A stretch of 64,000 bases of DNA from Microthyrium microscopicum. Lineage: Eukaryota. How positions within the stretch are numbered: the stretch's first letter is position 1; each line of letters begins with the position of its first letter. This document shows, piece after piece, positions 50,976 through 64,000 of this stretch. The DNA is taken from assembly GCA_010405405.1 (NCBI GenBank), contig MU004238.1, forward strand, positions 383,530-447,529, in the 5' to 3' direction. The translations under genes were made by a program, and so were the position numbers. The notes beneath the pieces were generated by a model, which saw nothing but the letters and a program-made list of their open reading frames with translations, was not told the DNA's origin and searched no databases.

Positions 50976-51724
50976 AGGAGACGATGCTGGCTGTGGAAGA
51001 TGTCAGAAGATTCCAACTCAAATGCTGATATATCAGGAGGTTACATGTAAGGTCATTAGAATAATATCATCCTTGACTGGCTCCGTTGTTGATACATGTA
51101 ATTTGCCCATCGCACAAATACTGATATAATTCAATGTCTGATATACTAGAAATATGACCAGCTTTCGAAATCATATATGAGCTTGTGAGCTTCAACCAGA
51201 AGTGATAAATACATTCAATACTAACAATAGATTATTTGCAGACAGACTCCCTAATCTTGTCGTTATGGTTCGTATGCTATGGATCAATTCATATAAATCC
51301 ACGTCGACAAAGCATTCACAAAATGTGTTTTCGTCACAATCTTAACAGCAACCAAAGAATCTCACTTAAAGAACAATATATAGAGGATAAAGAATAACAC
51401 CACCCATGATGTCAGGCTCTGAAGACATATAAGCGTTGAAGAGACACAAAGACTTGGAAGTTGAACTAGAGTCTGGGCACGCAGAAAGTGTAACAAAGGC
51501 TCCACTTTGAGGGGTCCCAAGGCTGGGGAAATGGGTCTGGACCGTAGATTTTCAGCTTCTAGTTGAAGATTGTCGTATCTTAGCTAGGATTGGCATGAGG
51601 ATACCTGGTGTTCGGTAATAGAAATGGACTGGAGGAGAGAGGGGACTGGTCAACAGAAGAAATGGGCGCTCACATGAGCTTACTTGGCTGCCACCCGCCA
51701 CGTTCTACATCGCTTGCTCAAGTC

Positions 51725-51795
51725 GCGTCGAATACGATGGGCATTAGAGAATGTGCTATTTATCAAGTGCTATGGCAGACATCGCACTTGATGGG
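51725..51795. repeat. Further CCATC-N6-GATGG array upstream of PPZ1
   Basis: gcgtc-gaatac-gatgg, then ttatc-aagtgc-tatgg cag acatc-gcactt-gatgg. Confidence 0.7.
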
Positions 51796-52770
51796 AAGGT
51801 GGGAGATATTTCTATGTTGCCTCTGGAAGGACAAGATTGATGGAGTTGGGGAGAGCGGGGACAACTAGAAAAGTACGCTAGTCCTTGTTTGTCGGGAGCC
51901 TTGAACCTCCAAGAAGAAAGCGTGAGACTTGTTGGGAACTTTGGAACCTTCTTTCATCACCAAACTTCCGCCACCATCTTTGATCTCGACTCTTCTTCTG
52001 GGTCACTACCAACACCATTGTCCCCGCTAAATCGTCTCAGTATCCACCATCGTCAACTCTTCAGCTCTCTCCCTCAACAGGCATCTTCTATTCCGTCCTT
52101 CCCTTTCCTCAACTTCAACATCCGCCCTGTTGCTGTTTACCTTCCTTGTGATCCGCTTCACTTGTGCCTTCTTCTTATTCTTGACGACTCATCAAGAAGC
52201 TTGGATCTGGTCTGGGCCCAAACACTCTACTCGCACCTTTTCCTCCGATACCAGCTAAACCCAACATTGCGCGTCATTCTACGACTTTCTCTCCTTCGCT
52301 CTTCCCCATCTGATTCTACCTTTGCTTCCATCGGCATTGTCAACGCCCTCTTGGCCTTCGCCTTGTGTCCCCTGTACTCAATCAACAACATTTGCCTGCC
52401 CCTGTTGCAAAACTTGCGCTCGCTATTCCTCTTTAGCAATACCCAACACCTCGTCAGTTTCAACAACTCAGGTACAGCGGTGATCACAAGTGCTTCAGTA
52501 ACTACTCTTCTCGCCGATTTTGGCTCCTAAACATTCACATTGATCCTTGCCGGGGTGACTTCCTCCGGCCAAAAGCCTAACAACGGCGTCTACTGAGCCG
52601 CTCTTTCTCTTCCTTTCTCGATTGTACCGCCCTCCTTAACATCGTCATATCGTCCGCGTGATACACCTTGGATCAAACGTCATACCAAAGCTTTATTCTT
52701 TTCGCGCAACAATCTCAATACTCTGTCTTGTTCACCATTACAACAATAATTGAAGCGGTAGTCGGTGGAT

Positions 52771-54434
52771 ATGGGCAATACGCCTTCTAAAGCCAAAGGC
52801 ACAGACGGAAATGGCTCAGGTCCCGGCCTCGAATCTCTACCCTCATTCAGCAAGTCCGAGACGAAGGAGTCATCACGATCAATTCGCCAATCACTGCGCT
52901 CAAAGATACCTGGATCAAAGGCCGAAAGTCCTCGATCCTCAAATGTTGGACTCGGTGGGACGGCTGCGACGGGGGAGAAATCCGATGCAGCTTCCATCAA
53001 ATCCTCAATGAGCGTGAGATCTAATGGCACTCGTTCTCATCGTGGCTCAACTTCCGAATCGGCGCGCCCATCCATGGACCAGGTGTCGCCAGAATCTACA
53101 CAATCCGAAGACCTTCCTCCTCCTTCTCCAACGCAGCATGCAATTGGCACTACACATGAAAAAGTTGATGCAGCTAGACGAACGGGCGAAGTAGATCACG
53201 TTTCTGAAGCCCCGCCATCTGGTCTTCATCCGGCTCCATCAGCTCAGCCAAAAGAATCAATCTTGATCAAAAGAGATTTTCCAATTCCGCGACTACCCGA
53301 TGAGACGCCATCCGATAGCACAGCCATGGAGACGAGTGCCTTGAAGCCATCAGATCTCGACGACATGATAACCAGATTATTGGACGCCGCTTATGCTGGA
53401 AAAGTCACCAAAACAGTCTGTCTCAAGAACGCAGAGATACAGGCAGTATGCCACGCAGTCCGCGAAATCTTCCTCTCCCAACCCGCGCTCTTGGAACTCT
53501 CTCCTCCCGTTAAAGTAGTTGGCGATGTCCACGGCCAATACACCGACTTGATCCGCATGTTTGAAATGTGTGGGTTTCCCCCCAACGCAAATTATCTCTT
53601 CCTTGGCGACTACGTAGACCGAGGGAAACAGTCTTTGGAAACAATCCTGCTCCTCTTGTGCTACAAACTGAAGTACCCCGAAAACTTTTTCCTTCTCCGC
53701 GGAAACCACGAATGCGCAAATGTCACTAGAGTCTATGGCTTTTACGATGAATGCAAACGAAGATGTAATATCAAGATCTGGAAGACATTTATTGATACTT
53801 TCAACACGCTTCCCATCGCTGCGATTGTTGCCGGTAAAATCTTTTGCGTCCACGGTGGATTATCACCCTCTCTCAGTCACATGGACGACATCCGGCAAAT
53901 CGTCCGACCTACTGATGTCCCTGACTATGGTCTTTTGAATGATTTGCTATGGAGTGATCCGGCAGATATGGAAAATGATTGGGAAGCCAATGAACGAGGC
54001 GTGAGTTATTGCTTTGGAAAGAAGGTCATCATGGAGTTTCTGCAACGGCATGACTTTGATCTTGTTTGTCGAGCGCATATGGTCGTTGAGGATGGGTATG
54101 AATTCTTTGATGACAGAATACTCGTAACGGTCTTCTCTGCTCCAAATGTAAGCTCTCCTTTGCCCCGGTGCTGGTATTGTAGATTGCTAACTCTCATAGT
54201 ATTGCGGTGAATTCGACAATTGGGGCGCCGTCATGTCCGTCTCTGCAGAGCTGCTGTGCAGTTTTGAACTGCTTAAACCTTTGGACTCGAGTGCGCTCAA
54301 GAGCCATATAAAGAAGGCAAAGAGCAAGCGTGCGAATATGCTCAACAGTCCGGTATGTCATACTTCCTCCACTGTTACTATTCAGCACTAACCTTTTTAT
54401 CTAGCCGGCTTCTCAATTTCCACAATCGTTCTAA
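52771..54434 (+). CDS. PPZ1: Ser/Thr protein phosphatase Z; introns 54148-54199 and 54353-54404
   Basis: MGNTPSK myristoylation motif, Ser-rich N-terminal extension, [34 protein letters not shown]. Confidence 0.95.
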
Positions 54435-55175
54435 AAGAATGACTTGTATGTTTGCACTATTTACTCTGTTGCTCTCAGTCTAAGACTGAGCGCTTGTTGA
54501 GTCTCCACTCCACTCTGTGAATATTACTATTCTTCCTTTGCACAGGCTACCAAGCTACCAAACTCTTCCGCGAATCACCTTTGGATTATCAAAGCCGGAG
54601 GGCATTGGAAGAGAAGCCGCTACGTTCACAACCAAGGACGCCGCCAGGAACACCGCAAGCTGGTGCTTACTCGAAGGACTCGAGTTTTTGGCATAAAGGC
54701 ACGTTCGACATGAACGCAACAAAGAAATTTACCTTATTCTTTTTAGATCGTTTGGCCGCAAGGGCACACACTGCAATTAATCATGTTTGGAGGAATCATT
54801 TTAACCCTTTAGAGGTTTCTTTTCTGTTTGGTTCGCTTCGGGTTTGGTCGGGCGTTTTTGATTCTTATATCAGTATTCCAAGGAGAATGGAGAGGTTCAG
54901 ACGATTATGTACTTCTAGTGGTTAATGAATTGACGATATTACACGAGTCTACAGGATAGGATACTTTTCAATTTCGATTCAACTTGCCTGGCGATCTCGA
55001 CATTGAAGGGTTACATTTTGCGGGGCAGAGAGAGCTCTCCACATCACAGACTAACGTCAGTGGTTCTCATGTTACCTTATGCCCGCAAAACAAAACTGGA
55101 ACTATCCCGTTTGTCTTATCTTTCGCAAGCTCGGATCTCTTACTACTGAACTCTTGAGATACATGTAGGTGTCAA

Positions 55176-57138
55176 ATGCTACTGCTTGGCCGACGATCCT
55201 GCCAGCTTGTAACTCGAAGACTTCAAACTACTAGAACTGCTACCCAGTTCTCGCAACTTCGCTCTTCACAACCACAGTCTTCTCAAGTTCGGTCTTCTCA
55301 AGTTCTGTCCTCGCATATTCGGTCCTCGCAAACTCGGTGGTTCTCACAAGCTCAACGAATGATGTCGGACCTATCCATCGAGCTGACTGCTCCAAATGGA
55401 GTCAAGTATACTCAGCCTTTGGGTCTGTTTATCAATAATGAATGGGTCAAGTCTAGTGATGGTGGCAAGATTACTAGCATAAATCCTACGTATGTCTACC
55501 CATGAGGTGTATTCTTTTGTGGAAAGATATTTGGTTATGTGCTGTTATGACTTTCTTTCTGCTGTTCAGCTTACGATACTGACTTTACGAATACATTGCT
55601 GACTTGGTGAACCAGCGATGAGTCGGAAATCGCATCAGTCTACGCAGCTACAGAGCAAGATGTTGATACTGCTGTCAAAGCAGCTCGCAAGGCTTTCAAG
55701 GATCCGAGCTGGAGAGATCTTCCGGCGACGGAGAGGGGGGATTTGATGATGAAGTTGGCAGCGTTGGTTGATGAGAATAAGGATATTCTTGCGACTATTG
55801 AGACTTGGGATAATGGTACGTCGAGGGGAGCGAGACCCTTGAGAGATTGGTGGATTGAGGAACTGGTGGATCAGACCTGACTTGATACAGGCAAGCCATT
55901 GAACGACTCAAAGACAATTGATGTCCCAGAAGTCCACTCATGCCTAAAGTACTACGCGGGCTATGCAGACAAAATCCATGGCCAAGTCATTGAGACGAAT
56001 AATAACAAGCTCGCCTACACGATTCGTGAACCACTCGGAGTATGTGGGCAAATCATTCCGTAAGTCTCCCCTTGCGTATACCAAGAAACCTAAATCAGTC
56101 CCCTGGTTACTCACTACTCACTTGTTTTGTAGCTGGAACTTCCCACTTGCCATGGCAGCTTGGAAACTCGGCCCAGCCCTCGCAGCAGGCAATACCGTCG
56201 TTCTCAAGGCAGCGGAACAAACTCCCCTATCAATCCTCTTCCTCGCCACCCTCATCAAAGAAGCCGGCTTCCCGCCTGGCGTCGTCAACATCCTCAACGG
56301 ACACGGGCGCATTGCCGGTGCTGCGATAGCCAGCCATCTGGACATTGACAAGATTGCTTTCACTGGATCCACGGCAACAGGCCGCGAAATCATGAAGATG
56401 GCTGCCGTCAACCTCAAAAATATCACTCTAGAGACTGGCGGCAAGAGTCCGTTGATTGTATTTGACGACGCAAACCTCGACCAGGCGGTCAAGTGGAGCC
56501 ATATCGGCATCATGAGTAACATGGGCCAGATCTGTACTGCTACGAGTAGAGTGCTGGTGCATAGCAGTATCTACGACTCCTTCGTAAGCTCCTTCAAAGA
56601 ACGCATCAAAAGTACCAGCAAAGTCGGCGATCCCTTCTCCGAAGACACATTCCAAGGTCCTCAAGTAACCAAAACGCAATACGAGCGAATTCTATCATAC
56701 GTCAACGCCGGCAAAGAAGAGGGCGCCACTCTCGAGTGCGGCGGCGAAGCAGAACCACTATCCGGCAAAGGTTTCTTTATCTCGCCCACCGTCTTCACTG
56801 GCGTCAAAGATACCATGAAGATTTATAGGGAGGAAGTGTTTGGGCCGTTTGTAGTGATTGTGCCGTTTGAAAGCGAGGAACAGGCTATTGAGATGGCGAA
56901 TGACACGACGTATGGACTGGGCGCTGCAGTGTTCACAAGAGATATTAGCAAGGCGCATCGGGTGGCGAGACGGATTGAGGCGGGCATGGTGTGGATTAAT
57001 AGTAGCAATGATAGTGATTTCAGAGTGCCGTTTGGCGGCGTCAAGATGTCTGGTATTGGAAGGGAGTTGGGAGAGGCAGGACTGGAGGGGTATACGAATA
57101 AGAAGGCGGTGCATGTCAATTTGGGGACTGTTCTGTAG
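55176..57138 (+). CDS. NAD(P)+-dependent aldehyde dehydrogenase with mitochondrial-type presequence; introns 55490-55615, 55816-55890, 56060-56132
   Basis: GLFINNEW, IIPWNFP, FTGSTATG, LETGGKSP, GQICTA, EEVFGP, PFGGVKMSGIGRELG. Confidence 0.95.
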
Positions 57139-57385
57139 GATTTGGGTTCATACTGGTATTAAGAAATTGTGTAGATTATCCTATCTATGGATGTCTTGAG
57201 GACAAGGGGACACCGGACAGTATCAAAGCAACCTTGCTACAAGACCTCAAAACTCAATTAAATTTATTCTTATAGCATCTTAGCATCTCAGATATAACCA
57301 CAACACTCGGGTTGAGGACGAGCATACCCGACCAACAGATGCGGTTCGCAGACGCATACTATGGTAAACTCCCTCGCCCGCCTCT

Positions 57386-57944
57386 TTACTCCATAACTTC
57401 TAGCGCCTTATAAGCTTCCAATGATGTTCCATTGGCAGTTTGATCAATGAATTCAACAAGTTGATCCGTATCCAGAGCCGCAAGGTTGTACTTTCTGCCA
57501 TCCGCAGTCTCAAAGCGGTCAGGCATCTGCTGCTCGCCGGAGGTCTGCTTATCAAGACCAAGTCCTCTTGCCTTGTTGGCACGAAAGCCGTAGCCGCCAC
57601 CAGTATAAGGGCCGTCGTTCAAGCATTTGAAGTTTGTGTTGAAGGCGACTTGAATAGTCTTTGTGTTCGCGCACCGTCCGTTCTCGTGCCCGCGGCACTC
57701 TATATTCCACTGCGGCAGGATGCCGTAGAAACCAACGGAAGATACACCGCCGCTGGGGATACCACAGCATGACTAGTAGCATGTTATCAGTGAGAATAAG
57801 CGGGTAGAGGAGAATAGATCGTACATTTGGATTCACGTTGGTACATGTGAAGGTTCCACCCTTGCAGTCGCGACCTTCGAATAGGCGGATATCGAGGGCG
57901 GAGACCGCGGCCATACAAGCGAAGATAACGGCAAGAGACTGCAT
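57386..57944 (-). CDS. Small secreted Cys-rich protein (168 aa), candidate effector; intron 57773-57824
   Basis: Signal peptide MQSLAVIFACMAAVSA; the spliced product LDIRLFEGRDCKGGTFTCTNVNPNSCCGIP...IECRGHENGRC...FKCLNDG runs into the 57386-57622 ORF in frame. Confidence 0.87.
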
Positions 57945-59219
57945 TGTAAGCTTTGTTGTTAGGGGCTAGAACGTTTGGAGATCCTATAGCTTTTAGAACT
58001 TGGAGAGAATGCTAATGTTGGAAAGAGCTTCTAGACGGAGATCTCAACCCCTTTTTATATGTAGTTTCAATTGCGGAGAGACTGATGTTGGGTAACATAG
58101 GTTGAGTGCCATATAAGCTTGCAAGGACAAAGTTGAGTTTGGATATATAATTGGAGCAGTATTGATGTCGGTATACCAACCGATGTTGGTCAGATGGCTA
58201 GAGTAGCAATGGCAAATGTAACCTCCGCGTCCATGTACACCGCATTGTTGATGGGAGTGCCTACACAACGGATTTCGGTTATTGCTATAACGGCGGTCAG
58301 TTTGTAAAATCTTCGTGGTTTCACGATAGGACAAGTATGATGTAATCAACTAGGAACAAGCGGGACGATGGTCATGATAGTACGCAAATCAATTTCCGTG
58401 GCGGAGTAGGATATGATTACGGCTAAAAAAGGGATTTAAGGTGGGATCATTGGAGGTTGGCTGTATTCGCAGCAGGAATGAACTGAGAGAAGGCGGTGAT
58501 AATGATGAATATGATGATGAACTCTTACGCCCACTCGAGTGCCTACTGAAACTGCTCTGTTTCCATTCTCTCGGGGCTGCCCTCTGATAAATAATCCTTT
58601 CAGTAAGATGCTGACAGCTTTGGTCGGCCTGTGCAATTTGTACTACACAGCGATAGATGCTGGTGGTTGCAATCAATTGATATCAAAATGTGGCTGCTGT
58701 GGCTAGATTTTGAAGATGTGGCTTAGCGCCGGCGGCGATCCTTGTCAGCACGTGGAAAAGAAGGACAGGACCTGCAAAAAATAAAACGATCGAGATTCCG
58801 TGACGATTTTTTGACCCACCGCCTCGGGAGATCAATTCTCTACTTCAACATTGCCATATTTCGTGCTTCTGGCCTACCACCTACCGCCTACACACTGCAT
58901 CAATAGGTATACACTACATCAGGCCTGCCCCGATTGTCCTACCTGTGCGTGTTGTTTGGAGGCTGCGATCAGGAATCTCCGATCTGGACAACCCATCTGC
59001 AGCCACGGTTTCTGATCCAACGATCGGGCCTACAGACCGCTGTCAGACACATTGAATTGCACAACCGCACCTCCTGCGCCAACCACTTGTCGTCACACCA
59101 GATCCCCCGCTGCTTGCTAGACAACCTCTTGTACCCGGTGATAAATATCTCCGTTCAAAAAGCTCCTGCATTACACACCACCTGCTCACCCTGTACCAAG
59201 TACTCCAACATCCACAAAC

Positions 59220-61594
59220 ATGCCCAAAGAGAACAAGAAGCGGGGCCGTCGGGCTGAGAAGAAACGCAAGCTTGAAAACGCTGAGCCAGAGCACGATACC
59301 TTTTCCAAGCGTCAGAAACAGGTCGCCTCTGGAGGTGGTGAAGCCTTTGAAGGAGGGGAGGACTACATCGACATAGGCCAGGATACATACGAAGCATATG
59401 AAGAGGAAGGTGGACCAGTCCGAGCAGAGAGGCCATTTTATGGTCTCTTGGACGAAACTGAGCAAGAATTTTTCCACGAGGCGGCTCAGGAGCTTGAACA
59501 GGATGCCTTTCCAAATGATCAGGAACGTGAGGATTTTCTCGAAAATCTGTTTCATCAAACAGAGGGAAAGGAGTTGAAGATGGCAAACTCGCAGTCTTGC
59601 TCTAGACTTTTGGAACGGTTGATTCCGCTGCTGGGCCCTGAGAAGCTCAAGAAGTTGTTCAAAGCGTTTAGTGGACAGTGAGTTACAATATAACATTCCT
59701 GATATCAGTCGTCCTAACATGACTATAGATTTCAATCTCTTGTTCAGCATCGCTTTGCGTCTCATTGCTGCGAAATTCTCTTCATTCGAACCGCCCCAGT
59801 TGTTACTCAAGAAATCATATCACCTCCGGATAATTTTGTGACTGATGAATCAGCCGAACCACTACCACCAATGGAGGATCTTTTTCTCGGAGTCGTACAA
59901 GAGCTACAGGAACATATGGGTTGGCTGATGACTGATACGTTTGCGTCACATCCACTACGAGTGTTGCTACTTGTACTTTCTGGACAGCCAATTAGACAAG
60001 CGTCACTCAAGTCTGGTCTACATAGCCGCAAGAAAGAAAATGTTCCCACTTATGGTGCCGAAAAGGAAGAGGAGGACAAAACCATACTGGAAGAGAGAGC
60101 TGTGCCTTCATCTTTCACAGAGTCTCTCGAGTCTTTGATAACCACATCCGTTGCAGGACTTGATACGAACACACTACGATCTCTGGCGACCCATAAAACT
60201 GGCAATCCAATCTTACAACTTCTCTTGCGACTTGAGCTCACCCACTTTGGCAAACAGCGAGCCAAAGACGAATCATCCCTGTTCCACGTCCTTCTCCCAG
60301 ATGATCCAATCACCCCAGAAAGCTTCAGTGCCGGATTTATCAATGGCCTCATGTATGACGCCGTTGGTTCTCGACTACTCGAAACTATCCTCGAATACGC
60401 GCCCTCCAAAACCTTCAAAGCCATCTACAAGGATTTCTTCAAAGAACGTCTGCCCACTCTTGCCCGCAACGACATTGCTTCCTACGTCGCTTCAAAAGCT
60501 CTTACCCGTCTCTCCAAAGAAGACTTACAGGCCGCCATAACCATCCTCGTTCCAGAAGTCGAATCCCTCCTCGAGCGCAACCGTCTCACCATCCTCCGCA
60601 CCCTGATTGACCGCTCCGTCATCAGAAGCGCACATACTCAACCACTAGCAACAGCTTTTGCAACAGCCCTCCCAGGTCCCCATGGCTTTGATATTGCTCG
60701 TCTGCTCAAACTCTCCTCCACTCCCGACTCCGACAACAAGCCCAGGTCAAAGTCAAAGTCAAAAACCAAATCCGACGACACCGACATCCAAGACGACGCC
60801 GACGCTGACCCGGACACCGTCACAACCACCACCCCCGCAAGCACAAAACTCCACCGCTCCCTCCTCGCGCAATCCATGCTCCTCTCCCCCGGCCCACTAT
60901 CCCAACTCTGCCTAAATGCCCTATCCTCCCTCCCCCAACCCCTTCTCCTAACAATCGCCACAGACGCCCACGCATCTCGTAAGTCCTCACTCCTATACCA
61001 CCATCATACCCAACCACTCCATCCTCTCCATCGCAAACCCACCATATTAACTCATCCCCAGATACCCTAACAACCGCCCTCTCAGCCCCCCACACCCCCG
61101 TAATACCCCGCCGAAAACTAATAGCCCACCTCTACGGCCACGCCGGCTCCCTCTCCCTGGACCCACGCGGCTCCCGCATCATAACCTCCGTCTGGACAGC
61201 CACTTACGACCTCGCCTTTATGCGCGAACGCATCGCCGAAGAACTAGCCGAGAACAGCGCAAGTTTGATGGCAAGTGGTTGTGGGCGCAGTGTGTGGAGA
61301 ACGTGGGGTATGGATTTATATAAGCGGCGAAGACGCGAGTGGATGGAGATATGTCGAGCGGGCCGAGATGGGGAACGAGATGCTCTGAAAATGGGTAATG
61401 GGGAGGAAAAGAAGGGTGTGTTTGTTGGGTTTCCGGAACATGATGAGGGCAGGGAAGGCGAGAGTGCAAAGAGGCATATGAAGGCGATTGATCGTGCGCG
61501 GGAAAGACATGTACGTGCAAAGAGAAGTGGCGCGAGTGGTGCGAATGCACAGAAGGTTGAGGAGAGGGTTAGGAGTGCGGAGACAGTTGTTTGA
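59220..61594 (+). CDS. NOP9: Nucleolar protein 9 (Pumilio/PUF-repeat 18S rRNA maturation factor); introns 59678-59728 and 60979-61061
   Basis: MPKENKKRGRR, FYGLLD, GKELKMANSQSCSRLLERLI, HRFASHCCE, FASHPLRVLL, YDAVGSRLLE, RERIAEEL, GRSVWRTWGMDLYKRR. Confidence 0.93.
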
Positions 61595-62317
61595 ATGAGC
61601 TAGAATAGAGAGCAGAGAATGAATGAATGAATGCAGGGTTAGGTAAAAGCTCATTGTTAGTTCAATTCACTACTGCCAAAGAAACTTTATGTGTCAAAAA
61701 AGATGTATATTTCTTCATTCGCAAACAAAGCTCACTTATACTGAGAGGATAAACGATAAATAGTTTTTCAAATCCTAGCAGGCAAACAGGACTTCTGCTT
61801 TGCCTCGCGATTCCAAAAAAGACCACGCACGTACACAAACCGCCTTCATGATGAAAGGAGTACCAGATCCCACAGTTATAAGAAGAAATCGAGTAGTTGT
61901 GTGTAAAGAATACAATGTTGCTATGTGCCCAGTTTGAGGATTACTCTGACATGACATATCCCACCCTAGATTTCGCCTCTCGAGTCTTTCCAAGTGACTC
62001 TCCCGTTTCCGTGGGTTTCTAGAGATAAAAGTTACAACCAGTAAAGAAATACCAGGATGTCGTGATGATGACATGATTCTGGCGAAACACCAAAAACGCC
62101 GGCTCCAATGGAAAGTGTTCCTGAAATTTCCCGTCATATGGTTCGGTAATGGTAAGAAGCATAAAGTGGTTTCGAGTTGCGTCGGTGGAGTCATCGTGAG
62201 ACGGTGATGTATCGATGTGTTTAGATATGATAATGTGGGAATTTCTCAGGAAAAGATTCTCTTGAGCCTTGGTCTTGCCATCTAGTGACGTTGTAGATCG
62301 AGTCCGGGAGGATATTG

Positions 62318-63238
62318 TTAAAATCCATCATCTGGGTTCCGGACCTAAGCAGAATTAGTTTCGAGTCGTTCCAATGTATCGATAACTTCATACCTGCAAT
62401 ATCCGCCGCGAGTAGTCGGCATTATCAGCAATGCTACCAACACTATTTCTCTTATCGTTTGCTCCATCCAAACGACCATCAGGGGCCCACATTGATGGCC
62501 TGGAGTCTGCTCCACTGCTGCCACCAACGAATGATGAAACATCATTTTGCTTCTTGAATTCTTCCAAATCCCGTTGTTGTTTTCTTCGCATGTACATGAA
62601 GCCAGCACCAGCAATGGCAGCAAGTACGATCAAGCCAACAATAACACCAACAGCTATGCCGACCGCGTTAGATCCTCCTTTAGAAACGGGAGCAGCTGAG
62701 GCCGATGCTGATTGTGTTGCTGGTTTAGCTGTAATCGAAGGCGAGGCGGATGAGACAGATTCGCTAAAGTAAGGGACTGTGTTGAGAGTGAAGCTGGTCT
62801 GATAGACCGTCCATACATCAGATGCACCGCCTAGATTAAAGGTTAGCAAGGCATATCCATCTACCAGTCATAGAACATACAATTCTCGCCAGGATAACCT
62901 GCGCATGGCGTATTGCATTTGTCATCATCGACCTTATCACTGAGAGCTGGCAGCATGTCTCCACACCAACAGTCAGTACCATTCCCTAATGCCATGGCAG
63001 TGTTCTGTAAAAGGTAGCAGATCTTTTGGCAATTGCCCGAAGATTGAAAGTTATATGGGCCATGGTTGATCATGGGTTGAGCAGAGCTGAAGCAGCCAGC
63101 ATATTTTAACGTCCGAAGGCCAGTCGGTTGTGCAGTTGGTGATGATATGGCGGCTGTGTTGGTGGTGTCTCCGGCTGAAGCAGTTGTGAAGAGGAGGGAG
63201 GCGCTAGCCAGGACAATGGCGATAGTTCTCGAAAACAT
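62318..63238 (-). CDS. wsc1: WSC-domain cell-wall integrity sensor (Wsc1/Slg1 family); introns 62831-62880 and 62345-62393
   Basis: Signal peptide, 8-Cys WSC domain (CWCG, CNTPCAGYP, CGG), Ser/Thr linker, one transmembrane helix, C-terminal DYSRRILQVRNPD. Confidence 0.92.
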
Positions 63239-64000
63239 TTTGCAGGTATGAAGACGGTTTGATGTGCGTAAAAATCGTAGCAAATGGTATTATTGAAACA
63301 GCTGTAGAGGTAGTCACCTGGAGATTGAATGGTCAGTTTGAATGCACCTGTAAAGAAAGGCTTTGTTGAGCAGCTTGTCACGCGTACCAGTGACCAGTTC
63401 TCAGCAGGAAAGCATGTAGAGAAGGAGGTGAAGGGATAGGTGGGCGTATAGCGAGCGGTTGAAACCTGTGGATGAAAGAATGACAGGCAAGCAGGTTGGA
63501 GATGGAGGATGTTGAGGTGTAGAGAAGAAGAAGATGGAAAAGCAGTAGCGGGATTGGCGGGAGGGTGGAATTGGAATGTGTTGAGCACTGATGCGGAAGG
63601 AAGCCCCTTGGAGGCGTTGGCTGGGGCGGGTTGTGACCGGCGAAAAGGGCAAGAACGCTGCGATAGTCACAGAAAGAACGACTGTATCCAAACAGAAAGA
63701 GCGAGTAACGAGTACAGCAGAAGTAACTCAATAACGAGAGTAGCAGCGGTTGACAGTGCAAATGAAGGTAGACAGCGCAACGATTCACAGAGTTTTGAAG
63801 CAAATGAGAGAGAAGTTGGTGAGAGAGGGATTGGCAGCAGCGGAGATGACCAGAGACACCACAGACAGGCTTCAAGGAGAGAGAGGTCTCAGTCGACACC
63901 ACCAAAACCATGTAAGCTTGGCCCAAAAGGGGAGGCGTGCCTGCAGGAGACAAGCTTGTTGCAAGCGGGAGACTCTCGTTCCTGCCGCACTGGCGCGTGC

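Noticed and set aside
51889..52530. 213-aa ORF upstream of PPZ1
   Set aside because: Non-ATG start and pyrimidine-rich, Leu/Ser-biased sequence typical of a long 5' leader.
59043..59810. 255-aa minus-strand ORF
   Set aside because: Antisense shadow of NOP9 exon 1.
63106..63953. ORFs upstream of the WSC gene
   Set aside because: Low-complexity 5' leader or promoter sequence; no domain evidence.

Overview
Filamentous ascomycete genomic DNA in two compartments. Bases 1 to ~26375 are an extremely AT-rich, RIP-mutated repeat block with a 153-N gap. When read through the C>T/G>A damage it contains a DUF6589-type (probably Academ-class) transposase relic, a full-length nested Ty3/Gypsy chromovirus (218-bp LTRs, TTAAC target-site duplication), a LIS1/NudF WD40 gene fragment, a possible tyrosine-recombinase-like relic and many tandem arrays. 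Bases ~26376-64000 are gene-rich. They contain a GMC oxidoreductase pseudogene, two small secreted Cys-containing proteins, an Srs2 helicase, a charged nuclear-type protein, an F-box-like gene, a ZZ/EF-hand protein, an HsbA-like GPI protein, a HeLo-like protein, PPZ1, an aldehyde dehydrogenase, NOP9 and a WSC sensor. The most unusual signal is a dispersed family of quasi-palindromic units (CCATC-N6-GATGG joined by 3-nt linkers). These units occur in all three unusually long introns of the F-box-like gene, and one of those introns contains an internal AG|GT site suggestive of recursive splicing. All calls come from manual reading and recalled family motifs; no database searches were run.
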